Source: a virus
Lineage: Duplodnaviria; Caudoviricetes
Reading direction: 5' to 3' (one strand)
Length of the DNA stretch: 40,549 nt
Virus record (IMG/VR): IMGVR_UViG_3300034130_000054
Location: 1 to 40,549 of that record
In this document: positions 16,384 through 26,324 of the stretch, piece by piece
How the letters are laid out: the number at the start of each line of letters is the position of its first letter
Position numbering within the stretch: position 1 is the first letter of the stretch
Made by a program: the position numbers and the translations under genes
The notes under the pieces: model-generated
The model's input: only the letters and a program-made list of their open reading frames with translations
What the model was told of the DNA's origin: nothing
The model's database searches: none

Positions 16384-17265
16384 CTACCCTCCTAAAGAGG
16401 ATAGTGCGCTAAGCACGCTTGAACTACTTGGTAACATGTTGAGCAAGCTTGAACCCGTCCCCGCACTACCAAGCAAGGAGGACAATAGGCCATTTTGGCC
16501 ACCAAGCACCACTGGCTGACTCTGGATTTGCTGTTGCTGGCCAAGTAACTGGAGAATGTCCTGGAGCATCGTCTGGGTGTTGGTGTTGGTTTGATTAACG
16601 CCTGCTGCCGTCGCGGTATCAGCCGTTTGCTGAGCAGTTTGGGCGTTTGTCCCGCCCTGTAGCGTATTTATGAGAGTTGTGATGGGACTTTGCGAGACGG
16701 CCGGCATATTACTGGCAGCCGCCAATCGGTTCGTTGTGTTCGCCTGCCCTGTATCATAAGCCAGAGTTCCCTGCGTCTGCGCTAGTGTATTGCTGAAGTT
16801 GTTCGCCGCTTGGGCGACCGCATTCTGGGCAGCGGTGCTCTGCGCTCCACCTGCGCTTCCCCCGAGCGCGCTAACAACCGTGGGCATCGTTGTTTGGTTG
16901 AAAGTTTGCTTGAGGGGGTTCAATACATTGGTGTTGTAGTAGCCTGTGAGGTCCTGCGGCGTGGAGTTCATCACCCCATTAAGCGTGCTGATGGCGTTCT
17001 GCTGCCCCGCTGAGGTTGAATTGTTACCCGAGGCAAAGTTTTCCAATCCTGCTAGGCTCGTAGTCTGAACTGAGTTCAAAGGCGCGGACGTTTGCGCCGT
17101 ATTCGCCTGAAGGGCCGACTGCGCCGTTCCATTAGACCCTTGAAGGGCAGCCATCAATTCCTGCTCTGCGGTCGTCTGGGACGCGTTGAGGCCACTTTCC
17201 AGCGATGGCATGTAGGATGTAACGCTTGGGGACGACCCAAATATCGAGCTAACAAGTCCGCCCAT
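16384..17265 (-). CDS. DNA ejection / pilot protein (putative)
   Basis: MGGLVSSIFG start, Gln/Asn/Ser/Ala-rich, follows the GNAT gene. Confidence 0.6.
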   Translation of the reverse strand: MGGLVSSIFGSSPSVTSYMPSLESGLNASQTTAEQELMAALQGSNGTAQSALQANTAQTSAPLNSVQTTSLAGLENFASGNNSTSAGQQNAISTLNGVMNSTPQDLTGYYNTNVLNPLKQTFNQTTMPTVVSALGGSAGGAQSTAAQNAVAQAANNFSNTLAQTQGTLAYDTGQANTTNRLAAASNMPAVSQSPITTLINTLQGGTNAQTAQQTADTATAAGVNQTNTNTQTMLQDILQLLGQQQQIQSQPVVLGGQNGLLSSLLGSAGTGSSLLNMLPSSSSVLSALSSLGG

Positions 17266-17746
17266 TTGAGGATACTCCAAAGATGATTACATCGCGCATC
17301 TCTCCCTCGCGAAGAAAGGCGTTATAGATTGCGCCTTCCCTCTGGAAGCCGCACGCCGCCACAAGATGACAAGCTGGCCGATTGAAGGAGGGAATGAGAG
17401 CACTTATCTTTTTCGTCCCGCTCGCAAAGGCAATCTTGATAACTCCAAGCACGGCTGCCCTCTTGAGTTGCCCCGAGGTGCCCCGACGAAATCCCAGGTG
17501 TCCCTCTTCCCATCGTTGCCCCCGGCGGGAGAGCATCACAAAGCCAATCGAGCGCCCCTCGGCAAAAAAGAGCCATACCCGCCGGAAGGGACTACGAGCA
17601 TAACCCTCAAAGTCTATCTTCTCGACTGGAGGGTAGCCATCTTCCATCTGAGGGGCAAAGACTTCTGGAAGTCGCATCAATTCTATGTAGTCCTTCCAGG
17701 GAAACCCCTCATGGCTACTATCAACAACGTCTATAGTTTGGGGCAT
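17249..17746 (-). CDS. GNAT-fold acetyltransferase-like tail-module protein
   Basis: IPSFNRPACHLVAACGFQREG...DVIIFG is a RimJ/RimL-like C-terminus. Confidence 0.8.
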   Translation of the reverse strand: MPQTIDVVDSSHEGFPWKDYIELMRLPEVFAPQMEDGYPPVEKIDFEGYARSPFRRVWLFFAEGRSIGFVMLSRRGQRWEEGHLGFRRGTSGQLKRAAVLGVIKIAFASGTKKISALIPSFNRPACHLVAACGFQREGAIYNAFLREGEMRDVIIFGVSSNGRTC

Positions 17747-17748
17747 CG

Positions 17749-19572
17749 TTACTTCTCCGAGGCTGTCATGGTCTTGAAGGCAAACCATGAGAGCTTAAAG
17801 TTAGGGTCAGTTCCCTCAAGTAAGAGGCGCACGCTTCCCACAGTGAAAGAGCAGTCCACTTCTGCCCGCCCCCAGCTTGTTCCCATTACAAGATTTGTCC
17901 CTAGCACTCTCCAAGTCTGTCCAGCATCCGTCGAGAACTTGACTGAGGCGATAGTCCCCTCGCCGTAGAAAGCTAGACCGTCGAGTGTCTCCCAATCTTG
18001 TGGCAACGTGTAATCCTTCGTGGTGTAAGACCACGGGATGGGTTGACCATTATCGGTTTGAGTTATATAGTTATAGAGATAGACCTGGTGATCAAGCGCG
18101 CCACAGAAGGCTACTTGTGCCTGTGTTGGGAGGGGCACTCGATCAGCCCATGTCTTCGTATTCTCTTGCCACGTCTCACTTCCAAGGTCAATCCAACGAA
18201 GCGAAGCCCCAACGGAATAGAACTCCCCAAGAGCGATGAAGGAAAGTAACCCTGAGAAAACGCGAGTAAACCAAGCACCCGTCTTTAGGTTAAAGCGGCG
18301 TAGTGTGTTTGGCCAGGGCGCTGAGCCAGAGGGATAGAGCACCCATACCTCGTCAAGGGTTGGCACATAGAAGCCAATTACTTGATCAACCGCCTGGGGG
18401 TTAAGATCGCCAAGATAGCCTATAAAATGCTGAAAAATCTTGTCGCCAATATCTTGCACGTTAGAGTCGCCGGCATAGTCGTAGATACCCGAGTCAGAGA
18501 TGATTACTGAAGCCATCTTCGTCGGCGTAACCGAACGTCGGCCAAGTGTACCGATCCGAATAAGCGTATAATTATACCAAAAGACTTGATCGCCTACTCC
18601 ATAGTAATAAGCAACAATCACGGTCTTTCGGCGGGTAATAACCATATTCTGCCCAACAAGAAAAGCCCCCGTAATTTCATCCGAGGTATCAATAAGATCG
18701 TCAAATCCCGCATCAAGTGTCGTCCAGTTTGTAGGGTCGCTAGTCGCGCTTCGTCGAACACGATAGGAATAGAGATTGCCCTCTTCTGTAGTGCCAAAAA
18801 GGCACATAACACTTTGAAAATGCACCGCATAGCGAGCAGCCGCTATACCCGCTGCAACCAAGCCAGGAAGATCGTTACAAAGCGCCCCATCAAAGTATTG
18901 AACGTGATCCACGCCATTGGTGATAACAAGCCAACCATGCAAAGCATCCGGTGCCCACGAAACGGCGAGTGTGCCATTTGTATTGAAGGTTGGTAGGGGG
19001 AGGATAGTGCTTCCTATGGGCAGAGTGCGCCCAACGGGCAAGTCTGTGGCAATACCTACAGGTGATACGGTCCCTTCGGCCACGCCCACAAAATACAGCC
19101 CATTATCTTGCACAATAGCGACTAGCTGGCCAGTTATCCAAGTGGCTGCTCCGGTAAACGGAACATACGGCGCCGTGCCAGTGCCATCAACCTCAGACAA
19201 AGTCGTCGCACTATCGGTGAAACTCGTCGGAACTGGCACCCAATCAGCGAGGGCTTCGTCATAAAGATAAAGGGTTCGAGTCGTGACAAGTAAGGAATAC
19301 AAGATATTATTCGGGCTAACCCAAGCTATCGGAGCTAAAGGCGTCCCTACAACAGGGGAACCAATTGGGGCTAGGCCGAAATCAACGGATAAAACTTTAT
19401 CTCTGTAAGCAAGATTTTGACTAGCGGGCGTCTCGTTATCGGCCAGCTGGTCAGGAGGCACGGAGTCATTGAGGCCCCCCCGAAGATCAGAGATAGTTTT
19501 ATACTCCGGCCGCAGTTGGGCTGGAGTTGGCGCTATAGGGCCGCCAGTCGCAAGAGTAGGGAGGTATACCAA
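17749..19572 (-). CDS. Tail tube / nozzle protein (P22 gp10 or T7 gp12-like)
   Basis: 607 aa, beta-rich. DLRGGLN...PDQL...SQNL N-terminus. Position in the tail module. Confidence 0.7.
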   Translation of the reverse strand: MVYLPTLATGGPIAPTPAQLRPEYKTISDLRGGLNDSVPPDQLADNETPASQNLAYRDKVLSVDFGLAPIGSPVVGTPLAPIAWVSPNNILYSLLVTTRTLYLYDEALADWVPVPTSFTDSATTLSEVDGTGTAPYVPFTGAATWITGQLVAIVQDNGLYFVGVAEGTVSPVGIATDLPVGRTLPIGSTILPLPTFNTNGTLAVSWAPDALHGWLVITNGVDHVQYFDGALCNDLPGLVAAGIAAARYAVHFQSVMCLFGTTEEGNLYSYRVRRSATSDPTNWTTLDAGFDDLIDTSDEITGAFLVGQNMVITRRKTVIVAYYYGVGDQVFWYNYTLIRIGTLGRRSVTPTKMASVIISDSGIYDYAGDSNVQDIGDKIFQHFIGYLGDLNPQAVDQVIGFYVPTLDEVWVLYPSGSAPWPNTLRRFNLKTGAWFTRVFSGLLSFIALGEFYSVGASLRWIDLGSETWQENTKTWADRVPLPTQAQVAFCGALDHQVYLYNYITQTDNGQPIPWSYTTKDYTLPQDWETLDGLAFYGEGTIASVKFSTDAGQTWRVLGTNLVMGTSWGRAEVDCSFTVGSVRLLLEGTDPNFKLSWFAFKTMTASEK

Positions 19573-19884
19573 TTAAGCTGCTGCTCCAAGCGCGTTAACC
19601 CAGCCTGTGCCAGTCCACCAAACGGGCGCTTGGAGGGTTGTATCAAAAAGACTATAGCCTACTCCAGCGCCGGGCATAGTCGCTAGAACCTTCGCTGTTG
19701 GGCGGCCGGCCGTTGGAACATTCGGCGCAAGGTTCGTATTAATGACAGATGCGAGCTTTTGAACCCAAGTAGCTAACGACGCATTAAAACTCTGCAAACG
19801 CTGAAGCAACGCAGGCGAATTCGATATGTCCGAGGCGCTCACTTGAAGGGTGGGCGCGCCACCGAGAAGCATGAAAGGCTGCAT
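19573..19884 (-). CDS. Small virion-associated protein
   Basis: PTAGRPT...FDTTLQAPVWWTGTGWVNALG, a motif common in tail proteins. Confidence 0.6.
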   Translation of the reverse strand: MQPFMLLGGAPTLQVSASDISNSPALLQRLQSFNASLATWVQKLASVINTNLAPNVPTAGRPTAKVLATMPGAGVGYSLFDTTLQAPVWWTGTGWVNALGAAA

Positions 19885-19886
19885 TG

Positions 19887-20750
19887 TTAGGCTCCCGCAT
19901 AGATACAAGTTGTAACAATCATGGTCGGCTGAACGTTTTGGCTCGTGCCCGTGCCTGCGGTAGCTATTGTTATGCCCGTTGCCGCAGTATTTGTTGGGTA
20001 GGAACTACTCTGGGCTTGGCCCGCCTGCGCAGGCTGGCGGCTTAGATCTCCCCCGGAACTATCGTAACTATAGCCTGTAGTAAAGCTATGCAAATGACCA
20101 GGATCGGTTAGCGTGTGCGTGTGGCTCTGAGATAGTTCACTACCTCCTATAACCCCGACTGCCGCAGCTACACCCAAACTTGCACTCGTTAGATGAGTGC
20201 CCGCAGGGTCAGCCCCCGCCCTAACGCAACCAGGTGGTGGAAGGTTGAAGGTATTAGAGCCGTCTCCCGCGCCAAAAGTAGTTCCAATCACCGCAAAAAG
20301 GAGGGCATATGTAATGCGGCTGATCGCCTGCCCGAGGCAAGCAAGACTTCTCGCCGGAGCAATAGGTCCACCGAAATCATAAATCTCCCCGATCTCCTTC
20401 GTAATGAAGGTGCCCCCGCTCGTCAATTGAACGACGTTACCACTCGAGTCCTGGAAGAAAAGCTCTGTATTTGGAGTGCCCCCCGATGTAACGGACTGAG
20501 AAAAGAGGCAGCCATCTCCTACATCGAGGGTAAGAGGCGCGGCGGTTGTGATAGTTGCCGCCTGAACGGGCAACGTAACTTTGTTGTGCTTCCCATCGTT
20601 TGCATCCCCTGCGAGCGCATGGTCTACCTGGAATCTCTCTCCCACTGCGCTTCGAGTATCTCGAATTCTCCCTGCACCGAGACTTTCATACTCCGTATCG
20701 GCGGGCTCTGTCAAGAAGGCACTATTCCACGTAAATACGAAGGAGGTCAT
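19887..20750 (-). CDS. Tail collar domain protein (short fibre)
   Basis: IGEIYDFGG...GQAISRITYALLFAVIGTTFGAGDGSNTFNLP...NVQPT. Confidence 0.85.
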   Translation of the reverse strand: MTSFVFTWNSAFLTEPADTEYESLGAGRIRDTRSAVGERFQVDHALAGDANDGKHNKVTLPVQAATITTAAPLTLDVGDGCLFSQSVTSGGTPNTELFFQDSSGNVVQLTSGGTFITKEIGEIYDFGGPIAPARSLACLGQAISRITYALLFAVIGTTFGAGDGSNTFNLPPPGCVRAGADPAGTHLTSASLGVAAAVGVIGGSELSQSHTHTLTDPGHLHSFTTGYSYDSSGGDLSRQPAQAGQAQSSSYPTNTAATGITIATAGTGTSQNVQPTMIVTTCIYAGA

Positions 20751-21457
20751 GGCATTGTCCTCTGGAAGGGATCACTCCAATAGTCGCCCAAATTGCTCGT
20801 GTCAAGGTCGATACCAATGTCCATGTCCGGCATGTCAGTATCTTGCTTGATGGACGCCTGGAAGTGCTCCTGGGCCTCATGGAGATAGTCATTAGCCTTG
20901 TCCGCCCGGCCAAAAGACTTCCACAAATAGGCGCAGGCCAAGGCAATCAGAATATCGTCTTTCCATTCAAAGTCACTCGTCGCCAGTGGCGCGGTCGCGA
21001 AGTTAAAGGGCCGCGGGAACGAGGTAACTCGCATGAAAACGGGATAGACTTGATCAGGGACGGGATAGAGGATGGCTGTATTACCCCACCTCGAATAAAG
21101 TGCCGGGCGCGACCGCGCTAACGCCTCCGGCATCGGAAATTCCTTATCGAACATCCTCCAAGGCTTCTCGATAAGTTTCCTGCTTGACGTGTTATCGAGC
21201 AAGACGGCGGTATGAATGTGCTTGATATAGGGCGCGAGGGGAAGAAACTTATCGTTAAAAGGGTTCGCCGTGAACTGCGTATTCACGTTGAAAAAGCCCT
21301 TAAACTCCTTAAAGTCGTGACTGCGGCTGATCCTCGCCTGAGCAAAGTTCAGCGCAGTCACGATCCGAGTGTTTGTTGCGTCGCTTGTTAGGTCGGTCCG
21401 GTTGAGGAGGCCCGATTGGACCTCCCCAACGAGAGCCGTCAGTGTTAGGAGGCCCAT
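20747..21457 (-). CDS. Head-tail adaptor / tail tubular protein A-like
   Basis: ALNFAQARI...LYPVPDQVY...DILIALACAY. Follows the capsid genes. Confidence 0.7.
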   Translation of the reverse strand: MGLLTLTALVGEVQSGLLNRTDLTSDATNTRIVTALNFAQARISRSHDFKEFKGFFNVNTQFTANPFNDKFLPLAPYIKHIHTAVLLDNTSSRKLIEKPWRMFDKEFPMPEALARSRPALYSRWGNTAILYPVPDQVYPVFMRVTSFPRPFNFATAPLATSDFEWKDDILIALACAYLWKSFGRADKANDYLHEAQEHFQASIKQDTDMPDMDIGIDLDTSNLGDYWSDPFQRTMP

Positions 21458-21475
21458 AGGCCGCCTCCCTTTGGG

Positions 21476-21958
21476 TTAGTAGGGGAAGTCGGCTATGATG
21501 TTCTTCGAGGTATAATCATAGCAATAACCTACCGACGACGTCGTATAGCCCGAAGCCGGTGTTACCCCCGGAGCGGCAGCACCCGAAGTCGTAAGTGCCG
21601 CGCCGAACGTGGGCGTGTTCTGTGGCGTGGTGCTCAAGGTAGCCTTGCCCTTGATCTGGATCCACCCAACGGCGTAAGCAACCGCGCCCGTCGTCACAAC
21701 TCCAGCTGCCACCGCTGCCATTGCCACGCCCGCCCCGAGCGCAGTGTTGGCGCCGTCCACCACCTGCTCCGCGCCGTCGCTAGCGTAAGCTACGTAGCAT
21801 ACCACATCCCCCGCCGCAACGGCTGTCGTCCCGCTGAACGCCACATACTTATAGACAGAGTTGTTCTCATGCCGGATTGTGCCGGGCTGCTCCTTCCAGA
21901 CTCCCGGATTGTAGTAAACATCAGTAAGAGCCGTCTGAAAAATCTGTTTAGCACCCAT
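21476..21958 (-). CDS. Capsid decoration / cement protein (putative)
   Basis: Immediately after the MCP. YKYV...GVAMAA...GWIQIKG. Confidence 0.6.
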   Translation of the reverse strand: MGAKQIFQTALTDVYYNPGVWKEQPGTIRHENNSVYKYVAFSGTTAVAAGDVVCYVAYASDGAEQVVDGANTALGAGVAMAAVAAGVVTTGAVAYAVGWIQIKGKATLSTTPQNTPTFGAALTTSGAAAPGVTPASGYTTSSVGYCYDYTSKNIIADFPY

Positions 21959-21970
21959 AATCGTTCTCCG

Positions 21971-23017
21971 TCACATCGTGTTGATGTTGTAGATAACGCC
22001 TTGAACGCGCCGCCGGTTGGTGGTGAACGCGCAAGCCGAGGCGATCTGCGCCGCGCGATCGTTCACCTGATCCGGAATAGGCTTCCACTCAGTCATGTCG
22101 AACCACACCGCCGGATCATAGACAAGCTGGAGGGATGGCGTGTGGAGGAAATAGAGCGATCCCGACACCGGCGCCGACGAGTCCTCTCCGTTCAACGCGG
22201 GCGTCCAAACCATCGGGATACCCTTGAAAGCCTGATTCTCGAAGCCAGCATCAGCCAACTTCCTATTCGGCGTCCGGTAGTAGGTCAGAATGCTCGCTTC
22301 ATATTGCTCGTAGGTCCACTGATCCGAGAGGAGAATGTCCGGGCGATCTTCTCGTCGGTTGTTCATGCAGTTGTTGAGCATCGTCCGCATTTGGTTAACG
22401 CCGCCAGTAGCGAAGGACTGGTTAAGCATATTATAGGATTGGTTTCGCCACCAGGCATACTGCGGCTGCGAGGAGTCAATCCCCCCAACGGCCACACCAT
22501 TTCCCCCGAGATTCGCGGCCGGGTTGTTCGCCACAAGGCACTGCAAGCCATCGAAAGCCTGTGCTTGTGCCGTCGTCGAGTTTGCCGTGATCGTACCAGG
22601 ACCGCCGACCAGTCGAGTTTCGAACTCGGTGATGAGCGACTGTTCTGTGTTGTCGAGCTTGCTGTTCATCAGCGACATGATCTTCGCTTTGCCGCTGTTC
22701 TTCTGGTCATCGGTGCCGAAGCGGACCATACTGGCTGCCAAGTAACGCCAGCTGTAGAGCGCGACCGTCAAGAACTCGAAATCATTCAGGCTGACCGTCG
22801 TGCCCTTGTCTACCCAGGTGATGTTGTTGTTCGTCGCGTATTCAAGGTTTTCCTCAATGAACCGACCGCCGCGCTGCTCCTTCAGCTTGCCCTTATCCTT
22901 CATCCAGAACCAGAAGGGCGTTGCATTAAACACGTTGTCGGCGACCCCCTCCATTCGATTTTGCCACGTTGTGGTATAGAGGTTGTCCAGAAACTGCGTA
23001 AGGCTGTTGATAGCCAT
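21971..23017 (-). CDS. Major capsid protein
   Basis: 348 aa. ADNVFNATP...GGRFI...NSGKAKI...FDGL...WWRNQ...AGFEN pattern. Follows the scaffold gene. Confidence 0.85.
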   Translation of the reverse strand: MAINSLTQFLDNLYTTTWQNRMEGVADNVFNATPFWFWMKDKGKLKEQRGGRFIEENLEYATNNNITWVDKGTTVSLNDFEFLTVALYSWRYLAASMVRFGTDDQKNSGKAKIMSLMNSKLDNTEQSLITEFETRLVGGPGTITANSTTAQAQAFDGLQCLVANNPAANLGGNGVAVGGIDSSQPQYAWWRNQSYNMLNQSFATGGVNQMRTMLNNCMNNRREDRPDILLSDQWTYEQYEASILTYYRTPNRKLADAGFENQAFKGIPMVWTPALNGEDSSAPVSGSLYFLHTPSLQLVYDPAVWFDMTEWKPIPDQVNDRAAQIASACAFTTNRRRVQGVIYNINTM

Positions 23018-23023
23018 GGCTCG

Positions 23024-23794
23024 TTACTCCTCCGAGAAGTCAGGCTCGCCGCCCAAGGCGGCAACCGTTTCGGCCCACGCGGTCTTCGCGGCCTCGCTGC
23101 CCCCCATATTTCGAGCCTTCCCGCCCGATCCGCTCTGCGAGGGCGTCAGCCCCCCAAACCCCTTGAAACGAACCCGCCCACTGCCTTCGCCAGTTGGCTT
23201 CTTCTCGCCATACTTAGTGTCTAGCTCCTTCGCCTTGGTTGGGTTATCAGCCCTAGCCAACTGATAAAGGCGCTTCGGCGCCATGCCCCTGTTCTCGTTA
23301 GCGAGCGCGAGCATCTCGGGCTGCCACTCCCAGAAGTCCTTGTTTTGGGCAGCTAGTTCCTTCACCGAGCCCTGAATTTCGTTCCGGGTTGTGTGCTGGG
23401 TGATACTCTGAATTTGTTGGTTGATTGGCTCAACCACTTGCTTGTTCACCGCCTTGAGCACGGCGCTAACGATATGCTTGCCGAAGTCTGCTCGGCTGAG
23501 AGTCTCAAGTTCCTCGGCGGTCGGCTCATCATCGTCATCATCGGCCGACTGGGCCGACTGGGCCGGCTGCGGAGGAGACTGTTGTTCCCGCCGAGCGGCC
23601 AACGTCAAAAGTTCTTTGATCGTGCCTGTCAAACCCCCGACAGCGGTGTTAAGATCCTTTGCCCAAGGTGGGGGATCACCAGCCCCTCCGCCCGCCGTCG
23701 GCGCCGCCGTGCTACCCGTCGGCTCGGTCGTAGAGCCACTCTCGCCGCCTTCAGGCGCCCACGTTGCACCGTTCAGAAGTTGATTGCGCCACAT
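23024..23794 (-). CDS. Capsid scaffolding protein (putative)
   Basis: Acidic, low-complexity N-terminus and helical core, directly upstream of the MCP. Confidence 0.7.
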   Translation of the reverse strand: MWRNQLLNGATWAPEGGESGSTTEPTGSTAAPTAGGGAGDPPPWAKDLNTAVGGLTGTIKELLTLAARREQQSPPQPAQSAQSADDDDDEPTAEELETLSRADFGKHIVSAVLKAVNKQVVEPINQQIQSITQHTTRNEIQGSVKELAAQNKDFWEWQPEMLALANENRGMAPKRLYQLARADNPTKAKELDTKYGEKKPTGEGSGRVRFKGFGGLTPSQSGSGGKARNMGGSEAAKTAWAETVAALGGEPDFSEE

Positions 23795-24162
23795 TACTTG
23801 ATCTCCTCAGCAGCGTGAGCTGCCTGTTGTTCTTCGAAATGCTTCCGCCGCATGATCTGGTTCGCCTGAGCACGGACCCGAACGATCGTAGAATAGATAG
23901 GCATGATTGCTCTCTCAAGTCGGCCCTCTGACATCAGTCCAAGCCGGAGGACGTAGGGAGTAACTTCGCCGTCAGGGGCGAACCTTATGAGGAGCAAGCC
24001 ATCTGTGGGCGCCGTCGTGACGCCGGCATCGTCGGCCAGCGTCTGAAGTGTGTCAAGCCTTTCCCCATGGTTGATTTGTCGAACCCGAACAGCGTTGGCT
24101 GCGAGTTCGCTCCTATTTGCAGTTGAGGGTTTCTCGGTAACAGCGGTTGTATTCATATCCAT
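23794..24162 (-). CDS. Hypothetical protein
   Basis: 122 aa, coupled to both neighbours. Confidence 0.65.
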   Translation of the reverse strand: MDMNTTAVTEKPSTANRSELAANAVRVRQINHGERLDTLQTLADDAGVTTAPTDGLLLIRFAPDGEVTPYVLRLGLMSEGRLERAIMPIYSTIVRVRAQANQIMRRKHFEEQQAAHAAEEIK

Positions 24163-24461
24163 CGTCCTTCCTTCGCCAGAAAAGCGGAGCCCATATCCTC
24201 CGCGTATTGCGAGTAATTGCCGTTATCCCGCGCGACTTTCTTCAGTTCGCCCATCGAAGAGATATGCTGACCCGTCTCGCTTATGTGCTCATAGAAACCC
24301 GCGTGGAACACAATTGGGCGGCCGATCGAAAAGTCCCTCCCAAGAAGCTGCCCACACTGTGGGCAGATATTTAGAAGGGCCTCGAAAGTTTCCATCTCCT
24401 TGATGGAGCACTCCCGCTCAAGACTATGCCCCTCAGAACAGACATAACGGTAGGTTGGCAC
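24153..24461 (-). CDS. FmdB-like zinc-ribbon protein
   Basis: MPTYRYVCSEGH...CPQCG. GGAGG RBS. Confidence 0.75.
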   Translation of the reverse strand: MPTYRYVCSEGHSLERECSIKEMETFEALLNICPQCGQLLGRDFSIGRPIVFHAGFYEHISETGQHISSMGELKKVARDNGNYSQYAEDMGSAFLAKEGRWI

Positions 24462-24475
24462 TTCTACCTCCCTCT

Positions 24476-24512
24476 ATGGTTGATTGTTTACCGGGTGACA
24501 TTCCACCATTCA
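24476..24512 (-). promoter_or_regulatory. Dispersed intergenic motif, copy 3
   Basis: Reverse complement TGAATGGTGGAATGTCACCCGGTAAACAATCAACCAT, 35/37 identical to copy 2. Confidence 0.75.
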
Positions 24513-26324
24513 TCCCCTCTGTGGAACCTGCCCCCCTCCACCCTGTATTGCTCTTAGTTGCGGTAGCATCTGCTGATATTGCTGCGCGCTCATAGGGCTA
24601 CCAGGGCTCATCCCTGGCCCTCCTCCCGCTTTCGCCGCCGCGGAGGCCGCCATCTGGCGTGCCTGCTCGGGCTGGAGCATCATATCGTCGAACTCTGCCC
24701 CGTGGAGTGCCCTCAAAAGGTAACTAGTAAGTCGGTGAGGGTCGATCAAAGGGTTCTTCGAGAGAAGCCCATAGACTTGCACAGCCTTCTGCTCCTTCCG
24801 TTCCTTGGTCTCCGGAAGGCTCGAGTCGGGGTCGATCATCACATTATAGCCACCGTTGCGTAGTTCCTCTGGGCGAAACTTGACCCAAATCTGCACTCCT
24901 CCCGGCCCAACCAGATCAACAATCTGATCCTCCGACCACCGATTGAAGATGATTTGATGGGTCTGTTCCATCAAGGCAACCATAAGGTCAGCTACTGTAT
25001 CCCTTCTCTCGTCCATCCGGATTTGAGTGGCTTGGTTGACAATATTAGCTTCGGTCGCCGATCTATCCGCCGATCCCGGAGCATACTCCCCAAACTGGTT
25101 AGCGCCCAGCCCAAGGATTTCCTGCACGTCCCTCTCAACGAGGGCATCCATCGTTACGAGGCCCTGAGGAATATTTGCCGCTTCCATCGGCCTAACATCC
25201 CCCATTGGCGAGCCATCTACTTGCACAACAGGATCGACACTTTCATCGGTGAGCTTTGCCATTTCATCTGGTGTCAGAGCATCGCGCTTGGCGAGCATCT
25301 TCACGAGCGAAAGCCGCCGGTGTTTCATCGCCAGCGTTCTAATCTCGTTGATTTCCCTCTGCTGGGGGTCGAGTATCTGCGCGTCGGGCACGCCCCAAAA
25401 GTAGCTATCATCCTCATTAAAGATGAGAGGGAAGAAAGGAACATGCTTGTCTGGGCTCAACTCGTCGTCGTCGCAGTAAAGAATTTTATTGTGGTGGTAG
25501 GGCGCGAGGACGAAGACCAGTCCGCTCTTCTTGTCCCTAATTTCTACGAGGTCAACAAGACCCTCTTCCCGAGGCCGACTGGTTTGATCGACTTCGCTAA
25601 AGTAACTCTTCGCAACATTGATATCGGCCGTGTGCTTAAATCGCGGGTCTGCCCTCACGTCATCAACATGCCGCCTAACCCAATGGGCCACCCACCTCGT
25701 GCTGTTAATATCTGTGCATCCAACCGGGACGATGAAAGAACCTGGATGCACCGACATAAACCAAGGCATATTCGGCTGCACCAAGTCGTTAAACTCTGTC
25801 GAGGAATGTAGTTTATCCTTCCCCTCTGGTGCGTCGCTATCAAGAAAGTCAGGCGTCGGCGTAAATTCGGCCCCATATCCAAGTTTCCCCACTCCCGTTC
25901 CGAACATGAAAGCGTTCTGCGTCATTAGCTTAATCGCGCGCTTAACGTGCATCGTCTGGACGAGTTTGTTGTCAATCCGCTCAAGTATCTGGGCAAGCAC
26001 GTAATGATCGTCACCTGGCTTTGTCGAGGAAATTGCGATTGAAGGATTACGGAAATAAACTCGAGGAACGAGCGTACGGACCATCTTAAAAAAGATATTA
26101 ACAGGCAGGACGCCTGACTCATACTCTCCCCGATAATATTTACGCCATGTTTGCCATCTTGCCTCATAGGCACAATGCTTCCGGTAGGCTATCCCTTTCC
26201 GAATTTGGGTGAGCCACCACGAGCCATCAGGCTCCCCGCTACTCTTATAGCCCGAGTAAAGTCGAGTGCCCGGCTTTGCTGGAGCCTGGTCATTGAAGCC
26301 TTGGTTATATCCCGTGTCGCTCAT
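24510..26324 (-). CDS. Portal protein
   Basis: 604 aa between TerL and scaffold. AFMFGTGVGKLGY, FWGVPD...QREIN, RSATEA. Confidence 0.85.
   Translation of the reverse strand: MSDTGYNQGFNDQAPAKPGTRLYSGYKSSGEPDGSWWLTQIRKGIAYRKHCAYEARWQTWRKYYRGEYESGVLPVNIFFKMVRTLVPRVYFRNPSIAISSTKPGDDHYVLAQILERIDNKLVQTMHVKRAIKLMTQNAFMFGTGVGKLGYGAEFTPTPDFLDSDAPEGKDKLHSSTEFNDLVQPNMPWFMSVHPGSFIVPVGCTDINSTRWVAHWVRRHVDDVRADPRFKHTADINVAKSYFSEVDQTSRPREEGLVDLVEIRDKKSGLVFVLAPYHHNKILYCDDDELSPDKHVPFFPLIFNEDDSYFWGVPDAQILDPQQREINEIRTLAMKHRRLSLVKMLAKRDALTPDEMAKLTDESVDPVVQVDGSPMGDVRPMEAANIPQGLVTMDALVERDVQEILGLGANQFGEYAPGSADRSATEANIVNQATQIRMDERRDTVADLMVALMEQTHQIIFNRWSEDQIVDLVGPGGVQIWVKFRPEELRNGGYNVMIDPDSSLPETKERKEQKAVQVYGLLSKNPLIDPHRLTSYLLRALHGAEFDDMMLQPEQARQMAASAAAKAGGGPGMSPGSPMSAQQYQQMLPQLRAIQGGGGQVPQRG

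Noticed and set aside
21869-23224. 451-aa + strand ORF
   Set aside because: Antisense shadow of the capsid and scaffold genes, with no motifs. Expected from GC3 bias.
24954-25811. 285-aa + strand ORF
   Set aside because: Antisense shadow of the portal gene.
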